Source of the DNA: Candidatus Woesebacteria bacterium
GTDB lineage: Bacteria; Patescibacteriota; Microgenomatia; UBA8517
NCBI GenBank assembly: GCA_963784785.1
Contig: CAWASW010000005.1
Coordinates: 9,247 to 73,246 of the forward strand
Direction: 5' to 3'
Length of the DNA stretch: 64,000 nt
Position numbers and translations under genes: made by a program. A model generated the notes under the pieces. That model made no database searches. It saw nothing but the letters and a program-made list of their open reading frames with translations, and was not told where the DNA came from. How positions within the stretch are numbered: position 1 is the stretch's first letter; every line of letters starts with the position of its first letter. Below, piece by piece: positions 8,345 to 16,117 of this stretch.

Positions 8345-9990
8345 CCTGACTTCGCCAATTAAGTGCCCTGAATAAAAGATAGAAGTTTGGTATTTTTAAG
8401 AAGTTGAAGTTGCTCTGTTGTTGGTTCTGTAAATTTTGATATTTCTTCATTTGAGATTTTGTCTTTGATAGTAATTTCTTTTAAGCTTGATAGAATTTGT
8501 AGTATCTTTTTTGTGCTTTTGTTGTTTTTAATTTCTGCATATCTTGTAATTGCAAGACTGGTAAAAACAATTAACATGTGGGTTAATATTTTTTCTTTGG
8601 CTGTATGAAATATTGGTCTAGCTTGGAGGTCTGATTTTGTGATTCTAAATGCCTTTTCAACTTGCCAGAGTTCTTGATATTTGGTAATTATTTCTGTGTT
8701 TGTTAATTCTAGTGCATTTGTAACATAACCTTTTAAGCCTTCAAGCTGTTCTGCTTTTTTAAGTTTAGCTTCATTTATTTTCCATTCTTTTTTAATTCCC
8801 TTTTCTTTTTTTAGAAATTTGTAGTTTTTAGTTAAGTTGCTTGGATTATTTAGTGCATAATTTGCTCTTTTTAATTGTTTTTCTCTGTCTGATTTGTCTT
8901 TTGATGCTCTTTTGACTGAGTAGTTGATAATTAAAAATTTAGTTTTTGTAAGTTCAAATCTTTCTGTAGAGCCATCTATTTTAGGTACACTAATTACTTT
9001 TTTAAAAATAGTTTTGTCTAAATTACCAAGTCTTGCTCCAACTATAAACTTTAAGTTTTCTTTTTCCAATTCATCTGTATTTTTCTCACTTAACATACCA
9101 GCATCTGCAACAAGAATAATGTCTTTCAAGGAATGCTTTTTGATGAGGTCTTTCATTACAGGAAGCATTGTGTGGCCTTCAAAAGTATTTCCTTCAAAAG
9201 CCTGCATATGAACAGGGAAACCTTGTTTTGTGACTGTTAAGGAAACAACTATTTGAGGTTGATTTGATTTTTTGTCTTTTGAAAAGCCATTTTTTCTAAA
9301 ATCATCTTCTGTAAAAGATTCATAATATAAAGTTGTGACATCAAAAAATAAAACTGAAATTACAGATGAAATATTTGTTTTGGCAAAATTAAATAACAAA
9401 TCCTCAACTATCTCTTTGTAGCCACCATCAAAGGCTTTTTTCATGCCTCTGTAGATTTCTGTAAGTGAGTATTTGTGATTTAATTTCTCTTCAAGATAAT
9501 TTCTAGTTTCAAGTTTTGAAGTTGGATTTAAAATTCTTGCAATAACAAGATCCTTAAAACAATTGTCTTTTAAGTCATTTAAACCTAAAAAATGATAGTA
9601 AAAATCAAAAAAATTGTAAGAGACAGTATCCATTACTTTGCCAAAAGTTACCTTTGAAAGTAGCTCTTTAAGTTCAGATTGATTAAATCTGTTGTCAAAA
9701 AGTGAAATTCTTCCTTCTTTGATACGACAATCATCAATGTATTTTAAGCCTAATTTTGTAAGTTCAATTAGCTCCAACTCATTTCTTGCAGTTCCAATGT
9801 GCTTCACTATTTTTCTTCTTCCTGAAACTTTTTGGGCAACTTGAACTGATGTATTAGATTTGTTTTTGACCTTTCTTAAGTACATTCAAACCTAATTTTA
9901 GCAAATAAAACAGTAAGTGCCCTAAAGTACATAAAAATACAAACAATTAGCCTCAAGAAGTTACATAAAAACTAGGTTGGCGAAGTCAGG
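8345..9990 (-). mobile_element. IS1634-family-like insertion sequence (IS4 superfamily), copy 1, 1646 bp
   Basis: 14-bp terminal inverted repeats CCTGACTTCGCCAA / TTGGCGAAGTCAGG; 508-aa transposase; long flanking direct repeat. Confidence 0.8.
8359..9885 (-). CDS. IS1634-family-like DDE transposase
   Basis: 508 aa; N-terminus MYLRKVKNKSNTSVQVAQKV...IVKHIGTA resembles IS1634-family transposase N-termini; three near-identical copies in the window (one K/E difference). Confidence 0.8.
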   Translation of the reverse strand: MYLRKVKNKSNTSVQVAQKVSGRRKIVKHIGTARNELELIELTKLGLKYIDDCRIKEGRISLFDNRFNQSELKELLSKVTFGKVMDTVSYNFFDFYYHFLGLNDLKDNCFKDLVIARILNPTSKLETRNYLEEKLNHKYSLTEIYRGMKKAFDGGYKEIVEDLLFNFAKTNISSVISVLFFDVTTLYYESFTEDDFRKNGFSKDKKSNQPQIVVSLTVTKQGFPVHMQAFEGNTFEGHTMLPVMKDLIKKHSLKDIILVADAGMLSEKNTDELEKENLKFIVGARLGNLDKTIFKKVISVPKIDGSTERFELTKTKFLIINYSVKRASKDKSDREKQLKRANYALNNPSNLTKNYKFLKKEKGIKKEWKINEAKLKKAEQLEGLKGYVTNALELTNTEIITKYQELWQVEKAFRITKSDLQARPIFHTAKEKILTHMLIVFTSLAITRYAEIKNNKSTKKILQILSSLKEITIKDKISNEEISKFTEPTTEQLQLLKNTKLLSFIQGT

Positions 9991-10055
9991 AAAATGGTCA
10001 AGCAAAGCAAGGCATTACAAATGCATCATGATTACTACGTTCGTTTGTACAATCT
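9991..10055. repeat. 65-bp direct target duplication, right copy (IS copy 1)
   Basis: Identical to 8280..8344. Confidence 0.85.
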
Positions 10056-10320
10056 GATGGAAGGTAATCTCTTACCTGCAGACAGAGAAAACTACAACGC
10101 GGCTATGATATGCGAACGTCAAGGACTTGTCAAACCGTTGCCACAGCCCTGGTATGTAAAAGCTGGGCTTTTGATCGGCATGACAATTGTCTTTTTCGGT
10201 TTGATGCTACTCACATCGCGCTTCGGCGGCTTTTTGGGAGGATTCCAAACACTTGCCTTCTCATTTGAAGGATTGCTTTGGCTTTTGACCTGCGCCGCCA
10301 TCGTGTTCAATCGCAATTAA
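9994..10320 (+). CDS. small two-TM membrane protein; GC-richer than the neighbourhood, probably acquired
   Basis: 108 aa; first 21 codons lie in the IS target duplication, so the ORF is intact but separated from its original upstream region. Confidence 0.5.
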   Translation: MVKQSKALQMHHDYYVRLYNLMEGNLLPADRENYNAAMICERQGLVKPLPQPWYVKAGLLIGMTIVFFGLMLLTSRFGGFLGGFQTLAFSFEGLLWLLTCAAIVFNRN

Positions 10321-10336
10321 ATTCTGCAATAAAGTT

Positions 10337-10395
10337 CAAGAAACACCCCTCGGTGATAATTAGCCAAAAGCTAAAAATCAAAATACCGAGGGTTG
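10337..10395 (+). terminator. long-stem hairpin downstream of the 108-aa gene
   Basis: GAAACACCCCTCGGT ... ACCGAGGGTTGTTTC. Confidence 0.35.
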
Positions 10396-10477
10396 TTTCA
10401 TTTATAAGGCTATTTTAAAAACTTCCATATAAATAATAGTTATTCTTTTAGCCTTTGTTGATTAATGCTAAAATCTC

Positions 10478-11221
10478 ATGGTGATGAACAAAAAGAGAAT
10501 ATATGTAATTGGACCATCAGGAAGTGGAAAAACGTATCTTGCTAAAGTAATCTCAAAGCATTTTAACATTCCACATACAAACCTGGATTATGTTTTTTTT
10601 GATCACAAAGTATCTAAAAGTCGTGATGAAGTATCAGATGAAGAGTGGATGAGAAGATTAAATAAGTTAATTGAAGAAGATGATTGGGTTATTGAAGATA
10701 CCGTTGCATAAACGGTCACTTGTTTAGCCTTAAATGATTTGTTGTTTTTCGTTAAAATAATAACACTTTCGTCCGATTACTCGGACAATGCTGAAATTGG
10801 TTGTAGAAGCGTTTACTTAGTGAAACTACCTTTTTAGGCCGAAAGTATAGTAAAATCAGTGTGTTTTAGGAGACCGAAATGTAACGGTCTCGTTATTGAA
10901 GGAGTCAATCCAATTAATGAAGTTTTTGAAATTGCAGATAGAATTATTTTTTTAAGACTAAATATAGTTGAAACGTTAATAAGCCAGTGGGGACGATATC
11001 TAACGGATGAGGTGCAACGCAGAGAACATGGTTTTATCAATAACTTAAAATTATCCAAATATCTTATTAGACAGCACGTAGAAGAAGAAAATTTATCAAA
11101 ATCGGAAGACCCTAAATATTTTAGAATAAGAAAAGTTGATAGAATTTTAAAAAAGTATTCAAACAAAACTGTGATTTTAAACAGCAGAAACGAAGTTAAT
11201 AAATTTATTGAAACTTTATAA
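10478..11221 (+). pseudogene. P-loop NTPase/kinase-like gene (adenylate-kinase-like fold) split by a 195-bp MITE
   Basis: N-part ends ...DWVIED-TVA-stop inside the MITE; C-part resumes ...EGVNPINEVFEIADRIIFL after the MITE; Walker A GPSGSGKT; 9-bp TSD GTTATTGAA on both sides. Confidence 0.65.
10697..10891 (+). mobile_element. 195-bp MITE, copy 1
   Basis: Termini GATACCGTTGCATAAACGGTCAC ... GGAGACCGAAATGTAACGGTCTC (imperfect TIRs, each a hairpin); 9-bp TSD GTTATTGAA at 10688-10696 and 10892-10900. Confidence 0.75.
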
Positions 11222-11223
11222 AT

Positions 11224-11724
11224 ATGGACACTGAAATTAAAGAGCAACTACTTCCTCAAATTGAACTGGTCCCATATAATTCTAACAATCATTTACAAAA
11301 ACTAACTAATTGGCTTCAGAACAAAGACTTAATGTATGGATGGGGAATGGATACTTTTGAAAACAGCGAGGAAGTAAATAAATGGGCAAGTGATTCAACA
11401 CGTGTGGTACTAATGGTGAAAGATTTTGAAAATGATGAAATTGTTGGTATGGTAAATTTTTACGATTGGGATAAAGAAAAGCAAACTGCAAGTAGAGGAA
11501 CTTTAATTGATCCTAAATTTCAGAATAGAGGTTATGGAAAAGCATCCATCTTGCTTTCCAATAACTATGCTTTTGATGAAATGAAACTTAAAAGAATTGA
11601 ACTCTATGTAGAAGGTTATAATGAGGCATCAAGGCATATAACTGAAAAGTTAGGTTACAAATTTGATAGATATAACCCTAAAAAAGATAGATACTACTAC
11701 TTTATGGATAGTCCAAAGCAATAA
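11224..11724 (+). CDS. GNAT family N-acetyltransferase
   Basis: Acetyl-CoA binding motif QNRGYGKAS; RimJ/RimL-like length. Confidence 0.65.
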   Translation: MDTEIKEQLLPQIELVPYNSNNHLQKLTNWLQNKDLMYGWGMDTFENSEEVNKWASDSTRVVLMVKDFENDEIVGMVNFYDWDKEKQTASRGTLIDPKFQNRGYGKASILLSNNYAFDEMKLKRIELYVEGYNEASRHITEKLGYKFDRYNPKKDRYYYFMDSPKQ

Positions 11725-11822
11725 TTTTATTTTACAGAGTCGTGTCTGACGCCCATGTGCATGGACAGGAGAACACCGCCTGCGGGCGTCTGGTACGAAT
11801 ATTTTAGCTTTAAATCCATTTA

Positions 11823-11917
11823 GCTGGCGGTTTACGAAAAATGTCGAACTTCACTTTGTTAGCTCGGCCTTCGGCCTCGCTTGCTCCAGCGCGGCTCCCC
11901 CACCCGCCGCGCCTCCG
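11823..11917. repeat. 95-bp GC-rich inverted repeat, left arm
   Basis: Exact reverse complement of 12968..13062. Confidence 0.85.
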
Positions 11918-11967
11918 CTATTTTTTGCGCGCGATTTTAGGATCAAATATTATAGGGGCGATAAAAT

Positions 11968-12828
11968 CTAATCAACATATTCTATTGTAGTCCAGGCACC
12001 ATTTGCAACAATGGTCGCTGTACCAGATGATCCAGCCCGATCACACATCACTTCGTAATACTCGTTGCTACTGGTTGTCTGAATAAAGACTATTGATGTA
12101 TTTGTTCCGTTGTCATCAGTGTCATTTCTCGAATAGGAATATGTCCCGCTCGGGGTATTATAAGTAGTTCCATTTAAACGCACTCTACAGAGAATATTAG
12201 CTCGCGTACCCGTATTATTGTCACTGCTTACGACGTATGTGAGTTTATACCATCCGGCATTTACTAAATAAACTCTTGAATTGTTCGTGGAAGTGCTATG
12301 AGTAAAATATGTGGTATTGACATAACTTTGTGAATCCCAGCTTATCGCAGTAGGAGTAACGGTATTGATGTCCACCCCCCCCGTAGAATCATAGACTTGT
12401 GTAAACTTTCTTGAAAAGTTGATGTCAGTACCACAAACCCAAGAAGAGCTGCTTGTACTCCATTTTAGGACTTGACCATCGGAACAAGTTGTTAAAAGTG
12501 ATACAGAACTTCCCGAATCCCCTTTGTCTCCCTTGTCACCCTTGTCACCTTTAGTACCAGAATCACCTTTAGCACCAGAATCACCTTTAGCACCAGAATC
12601 ACCTTTAGCACTCGTACTTCCCTTACTCCCTGTATTACCTGCAAGACCTGGAACTCCGGAGGCTTCTTGTATTGCTTGAGGTGTAGTTTTAGCAGTAGGC
12701 GTAGTTGATTCTGGTGATGTAGCTCCTTTTTTCATTGAAAAAAAACTCACTGAGGCGTATACGGCAACAAGCGACCCTAAAAGCAAAAGGATTAGACGGT
12801 ATTTATTCATGCTGTAAATAGTATACAA
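11968..12828 (-). CDS. collagen-like (G-x-y) triple-helix repeat surface protein with non-collagen C-terminal domain (BclA/C1q-like architecture)
   Basis: Signal/TM N-terminus, GDSGAKGDSGAKGDSGTKGDKGDKGDKGDSG repeats, about 170-aa Ser/Thr/Asn-rich C-terminal domain. Confidence 0.65.
   Translation of the reverse strand: MYTIYSMNKYRLILLLLGSLVAVYASVSFFSMKKGATSPESTTPTAKTTPQAIQEASGVPGLAGNTGSKGSTSAKGDSGAKGDSGAKGDSGTKGDKGDKGDKGDSGSSVSLLTTCSDGQVLKWSTSSSSWVCGTDINFSRKFTQVYDSTGGVDINTVTPTAISWDSQSYVNTTYFTHSTSTNNSRVYLVNAGWYKLTYVVSSDNNTGTRANILCRVRLNGTTYNTPSGTYSYSRNDTDDNGTNTSIVFIQTTSSNEYYEVMCDRAGSSGTATIVANGAWTTIEYVD
12530..12625. repeat. tandem 18-bp (6-codon GDSGAK) repeats inside the collagen-like gene
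   Basis: accagaatcacctttagc repeated about 3.5 times. Confidence 0.7.
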
Positions 12829-12967
12829 AAAAAGGGGGTAAATGTCATTGATTAAGCTCTAAGATACTAGTACAACCAGAGCGGCCATTTGAGGTTTAGT
12901 AAAAGTTCTTTAAAATTTTTGCGTTTTTTTATTCCGATTTCATCGGGATTGTTCGAGCCGACAGTTT

Positions 12968-13062
12968 CGGAGGCGCGGCGGGTGGGGGAGCCGCGCTGGA
13001 GCAAGCGAGGCCGAAGGCCGAGCTAACAAAGTGAAGTTCGACATTTTTCGTAAACCGCCAGC
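12968..13062. repeat. 95-bp GC-rich inverted repeat, right arm
   Basis: Exact reverse complement of 11823..11917. Confidence 0.85.
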
Positions 13063-13254
13063 CAGTAAGAATTGGAAAGAGGTCGGGAGGTAGCGCTTTC
13101 CGCGCCCGCCTCCGCGGAAAGCGCGTCAAATCCGCCTTTTTTGAAACTTGCGGACAGCCGCCGGAAAAAGAAGAAAAAAAACGCAAAAATTAGCCTTTCT
13201 CGAAAGAAAGGCACGAGCTACTGCTCGTTAAAGAACTTTTAGGAAAACAAAACA

Positions 13255-13410
13255 ATGATTAAATACATCGCATATTGCAGAAAATCTACTGATGAACCCG
13301 ACAGACAAATCTTGTCTATTGAGGCGCAAGTTGCGGAACTTGAAGAACACGCCGCAAAAGAAAACTTGAAGATAGTGTCTTTTATTACCGAAAGTAAAAC
13401 CGCCAAAGAG
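13255..13410 (+). pseudogene. serine recombinase (large-serine-recombinase-like) N-terminal remnant truncated by a MITE
   Basis: IKYIAYCRKSTDE...LSIEAQ matches the catalytic Ser/Arg motif of serine recombinases; ORF runs into the MITE after 52 codons. Confidence 0.6.
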
Positions 13411-13605
13411 GAGACCGTTACATTTCGGTCTCCTAAAACACACTGATTTTACTATACTTTCGGCCTAAAAAGGTAGTTTCACTAAGTAAACGCTTCTACA
13501 ACCAATTTCAGCATTGTCCGAGTAATCGGACGAAAGTGTTATTATTTTAACGAAAAACAACAAATCATTTAAGGCTAAACAAGTGACCGTTTATGCAACG
13601 GTATC
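13411..13605 (-). mobile_element. 195-bp MITE, copy 2 (inverted orientation)
   Basis: Same 195-bp element; truncates the recombinase gene; lies 6 nt from the 3' end of tRNA-Gln; no clear TSD. Confidence 0.7.
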
Positions 13606-13611
13606 CGTCGT

Positions 13612-13685
13612 TGGCTACGGGTCAGGGACTCGGACCCCGATAAGCAGATCCAGAATCTGCTGTCCTGCCATTAGACGAACCCGTA
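13612..13685 (-). tRNA. tRNA-Gln (anticodon CUG), CCA encoded
   Basis: Manual cloverleaf: acceptor TACGGGT/ACCCGTA with U1-A72 and G73, D-arm GTCT-AATGGCA-GGAC, anticodon arm GCAGA-TTCTGGA-TCTGC, T-arm CGGGG-TCCGAGT-CCCTG (unusual C at position 55). Confidence 0.6.
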
Positions 13686-13706
13686 ATATGGTATGATTAT
13701 ATCATT

Positions 13707-14255
13707 ATGTTTACTCTTCCTAAACTTCAATACAAATATGATGCACTTGAACCATTTATTGATGCTAAAACAATGGAGATTCATCATACAAAGCATCATC
13801 AGACATATGTAGATAAATTAAATGCCTTGGTTGAGATAAATCCAGAATTTAAGGACAAGACACTTGAGGAATTATGTTTAATTCCTGAGACTAAAAACAT
13901 GGCTGGTGGACATTTTAACCATAGTTTTTTTTGGGAAACTATTGGCCCAGCTACCAATACTGAGATTCCTAAACTATTTATAGATTTTAAAGAAAAATTA
14001 AATAATGAGGCTCTTAAGTTTTTTGGAAGCGGTTGGGTTTGGATGGTTACTAACAAAAACAGCCAAATTGACGTCATATCAACGTCAAATCAAGATTCTC
14101 CACTTTTAACAGGAAATATTCCTTTGTTAGGAATAGATCTCTGGGAACATGCTTATTATTTAAAATATCAAAATCGACGGGCTGAATATCTTGAATCCTT
14201 TTGGAATATTGTAAATTGGCAAAAAATTACAGAAAACTTCAAAAAGACCGATTAA
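13707..14255 (+). CDS. sodA: Fe/Mn superoxide dismutase
   Basis: LPKLQYKYDALEPFID, HHTKHHQTYV, DLWEHAYYL motifs. Confidence 0.9.
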   Translation: MFTLPKLQYKYDALEPFIDAKTMEIHHTKHHQTYVDKLNALVEINPEFKDKTLEELCLIPETKNMAGGHFNHSFFWETIGPATNTEIPKLFIDFKEKLNNEALKFFGSGWVWMVTNKNSQIDVISTSNQDSPLLTGNIPLLGIDLWEHAYYLKYQNRRAEYLESFWNIVNWQKITENFKKTD

Positions 14256-14283
14256 TCGACTATAATACATATATATAATATAT

Positions 14284-14949
14284 ATGATACGAAAGACTTC
14301 AAAAATTTTATCTAACTTAGAATATTTTGTAAAAGGTAATAACCCAAAACTTCTAATACATTGTGGTACTTATGGAGATGAATACGACGTTGTGAAACAC
14401 GTAGAGAATGCTGTCATAAAGTATGAGGAACAATTGCCAGATTTTGTTTTTGTGCCGATTGTTTCTCCGTCTGCTGTCAAATTGAGAACTCGAATTAACG
14501 ATAACGGAAAAGATTTGAATAGAATATTTTTCTCAGATTCAACTGATCCTGAGGTTTTGGCAAACATAGAAATTATCGGTGAAAACAAATATGACTTGTT
14601 TGTCAGTTTCCATGAGGATTTTGAATTTCCTGATTATTACATCTATGATGAGGGTTTTACTAATCTAAAACAGAATATGATTCTAAATCATAATTCACAA
14701 ATTTCAAAATTAGGATTTACTCTATTCAACGGCATAGATGACCCAATTCTGAATAACGTCTTTTTAAATGGGTACAAAAAAATAGTAATTAACAAAGATA
14801 CAAGAAATAATGGAATGATTACAAGTTGGATGTTATCTGAAGGAAAGGTACTTGATACATTAAATCCTGAAATACCTATGAATTTAGATTCAAATTCAAA
14901 GAAGAAAATTATAGATACATTTTTTGAAAATGTTTTGTGCTATTCTTAA
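14284..14949 (+). CDS. hypothetical protein (weak resemblance to M14/desuccinylase-like hydrolases)
   Basis: 221-aa ORF; HCGTYGDEYD loosely HGG-HGNE-like. Confidence 0.35.
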   Translation: MIRKTSKILSNLEYFVKGNNPKLLIHCGTYGDEYDVVKHVENAVIKYEEQLPDFVFVPIVSPSAVKLRTRINDNGKDLNRIFFSDSTDPEVLANIEIIGENKYDLFVSFHEDFEFPDYYIYDEGFTNLKQNMILNHNSQISKLGFTLFNGIDDPILNNVFLNGYKKIVINKDTRNNGMITSWMLSEGKVLDTLNPEIPMNLDSNSKKKIIDTFFENVLCYS

Positions 14950-15469
14950 ATCTTCTGCACATTAATCCCCAGCCTTTAGGCTGGTGGAGCAAGTATAGTT
15001 TGTGGCATACTTGAGGGAAATGTTAAAGTACTGGCATGGTGCACACACAAAGCACAGAATTATGATTCATTTGGTATTTTTACCAAAATACAGAAAAAGG
15101 ATATTACGTGGCAAAGTAGCTACAAGACTTAAAGACTTATTCTTCAAAGCATGTGAGGTTAACAACTGGTGGATTGAAGAAATTACAATATTGCATGATC
15201 ATGTACATATGCTTATACAAATCCAACCAAACTTGTCCATCTCAAAAGTTGTTAACCAACTGAAAGGTGGTTCATCAAGAATCTTAAGGAAAGAATTTCC
15301 AGAGTTAGAAGAATTTCTTTGGGGTGACTCATTCTGGTCTGATGGCTACTTTGCAGAATCAGTGGGTGCAACAAGTTTCATCCAGGTTAAAAAATACATT
15401 AAAAATCAAGTGGAAAGTATGCCACAGAAGGGGTAAAACCATGGCATTTATGCCATGTGTTTTTTATTG
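14949..15469 (+). mobile_element. IS200/IS605-family element (tnpA only), copy 1, 521 bp
   Basis: Subterminal hairpins CCAGCC-TTTA-GGCTGG (left) and CCATGGCAT-TT-ATGCCATGG (right); identical to copies at 26863 and 37072. Confidence 0.8.
15002..15436 (+). CDS. tnpA: IS200/IS605 family Y1 (HUH) transposase TnpA
   Basis: 144 aa; HuH motif HVHMLIQ and catalytic Tyr region SDGYFAESVG. Confidence 0.85.
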   Translation: MAYLREMLKYWHGAHTKHRIMIHLVFLPKYRKRILRGKVATRLKDLFFKACEVNNWWIEEITILHDHVHMLIQIQPNLSISKVVNQLKGGSSRILRKEFPELEEFLWGDSFWSDGYFAESVGATSFIQVKKYIKNQVESMPQKG

Positions 15470-16047
15470 AAGTGAACAAAATATTTGGTTTACTATTTGT
15501 ACTTTTTGTAATCGGGGGATTGGCTTTCTATGTTCTTAAAAATTATTTTCCTGAAATAATTCCTCCTAGTAAAGACATCAAACAATATTTACCATTGGAT
15601 GAAAATACTCTTTCTCCAATAAAAATTGAAAATGGTTATATTTTAAAATTATTTTATAATTTGAAAAATAATAAACCTTTGGCGTTATCCTTTGGTTCCA
15701 ACGGTGATTTACTAGTTCATCTCAAGTCAGGAAAAGTTATATCTTTATCTGATAAAAATATGGATATGATTGCTGATTCCGAATCGGATTCAGATGAAGT
15801 AATTGTTCTAGATAATGGGTTAACTGTGAATGACACGTCTGGAAATAGTTATTCAATAGAAGAGAACAAACTAGTTAAATATAAAACATTTGCTGGAAGC
15901 ATTAGCGACAAAACAACAATCTTGAGTGGTTTTACTCAAACAAGTGGAGAGATGATCGGTAATTTGAAGCACATCATTATGAATGATAATAATCTATTTA
16001 TTGCGGATGATAAAACAAACCTCATTTATATCTTAACTCAGGACTAA
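15457..16047 (+). CDS. membrane-anchored hypothetical protein (start uncertain; listed GTG start lies inside the IS right end)
   Basis: 196-aa ORF with N-terminal TM. Confidence 0.35.
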   Translation: MFFIEVNKIFGLLFVLFVIGGLAFYVLKNYFPEIIPPSKDIKQYLPLDENTLSPIKIENGYILKLFYNLKNNKPLALSFGSNGDLLVHLKSGKVISLSDKNMDMIADSESDSDEVIVLDNGLTVNDTSGNSYSIEENKLVKYKTFAGSISDKTTILSGFTQTSGEMIGNLKHIIMNDNNLFIADDKTNLIYILTQD

Positions 16048-16117
16048 TTATTTTTTCCACGAGCATCATGACATTGATTTTTCTTATCATTGCATAAACT
16101 TTGACACGTGGAGTCAT

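Noticed and set aside
8924-9211. 95-aa antisense ORFs inside each IS1634-like transposase (8924-9211, 40796-41083, 61742-62029)
   Set aside because: They are fully embedded antisense to a well-supported 508-aa transposase, with no independent signals. They were retained only because the repeat makes them recur.
12530-12625. CRISPR array
   Set aside because: The only regular short tandem repeats are the in-frame 18-bp GDSGAK codon repeats of the collagen-like gene, with no spacers. No cas genes are present in the window.
11823-13062. Diversity-generating retroelement (TR/VR pair) as an explanation for the 95-bp GC-rich repeats
   Set aside because: The repeats are inverted rather than direct and perfectly identical (no adenine-specific differences). 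No reverse transcriptase gene is nearby, and the repeat does not overlap the 3' end of the target ORF.
12929-13214. ORFs 12929-13186 and 13023-13214 (-) as genes
   Set aside because: They read through the GC-rich inverted-repeat arm and adjacent GC-rich spacer, giving Ala/Pro/Arg-rich low-complexity translations. They are artefacts of composition.
10859-13443. ORFs beginning MCFRRPKCNGL... (10859 + and 13228-13443 -) as a conserved small protein family
   Set aside because: The shared N-terminus is simply the translated MITE terminus (the same DNA read in the same frame). At 10859 the downstream part is the C-terminal half of the MITE-split P-loop kinase.
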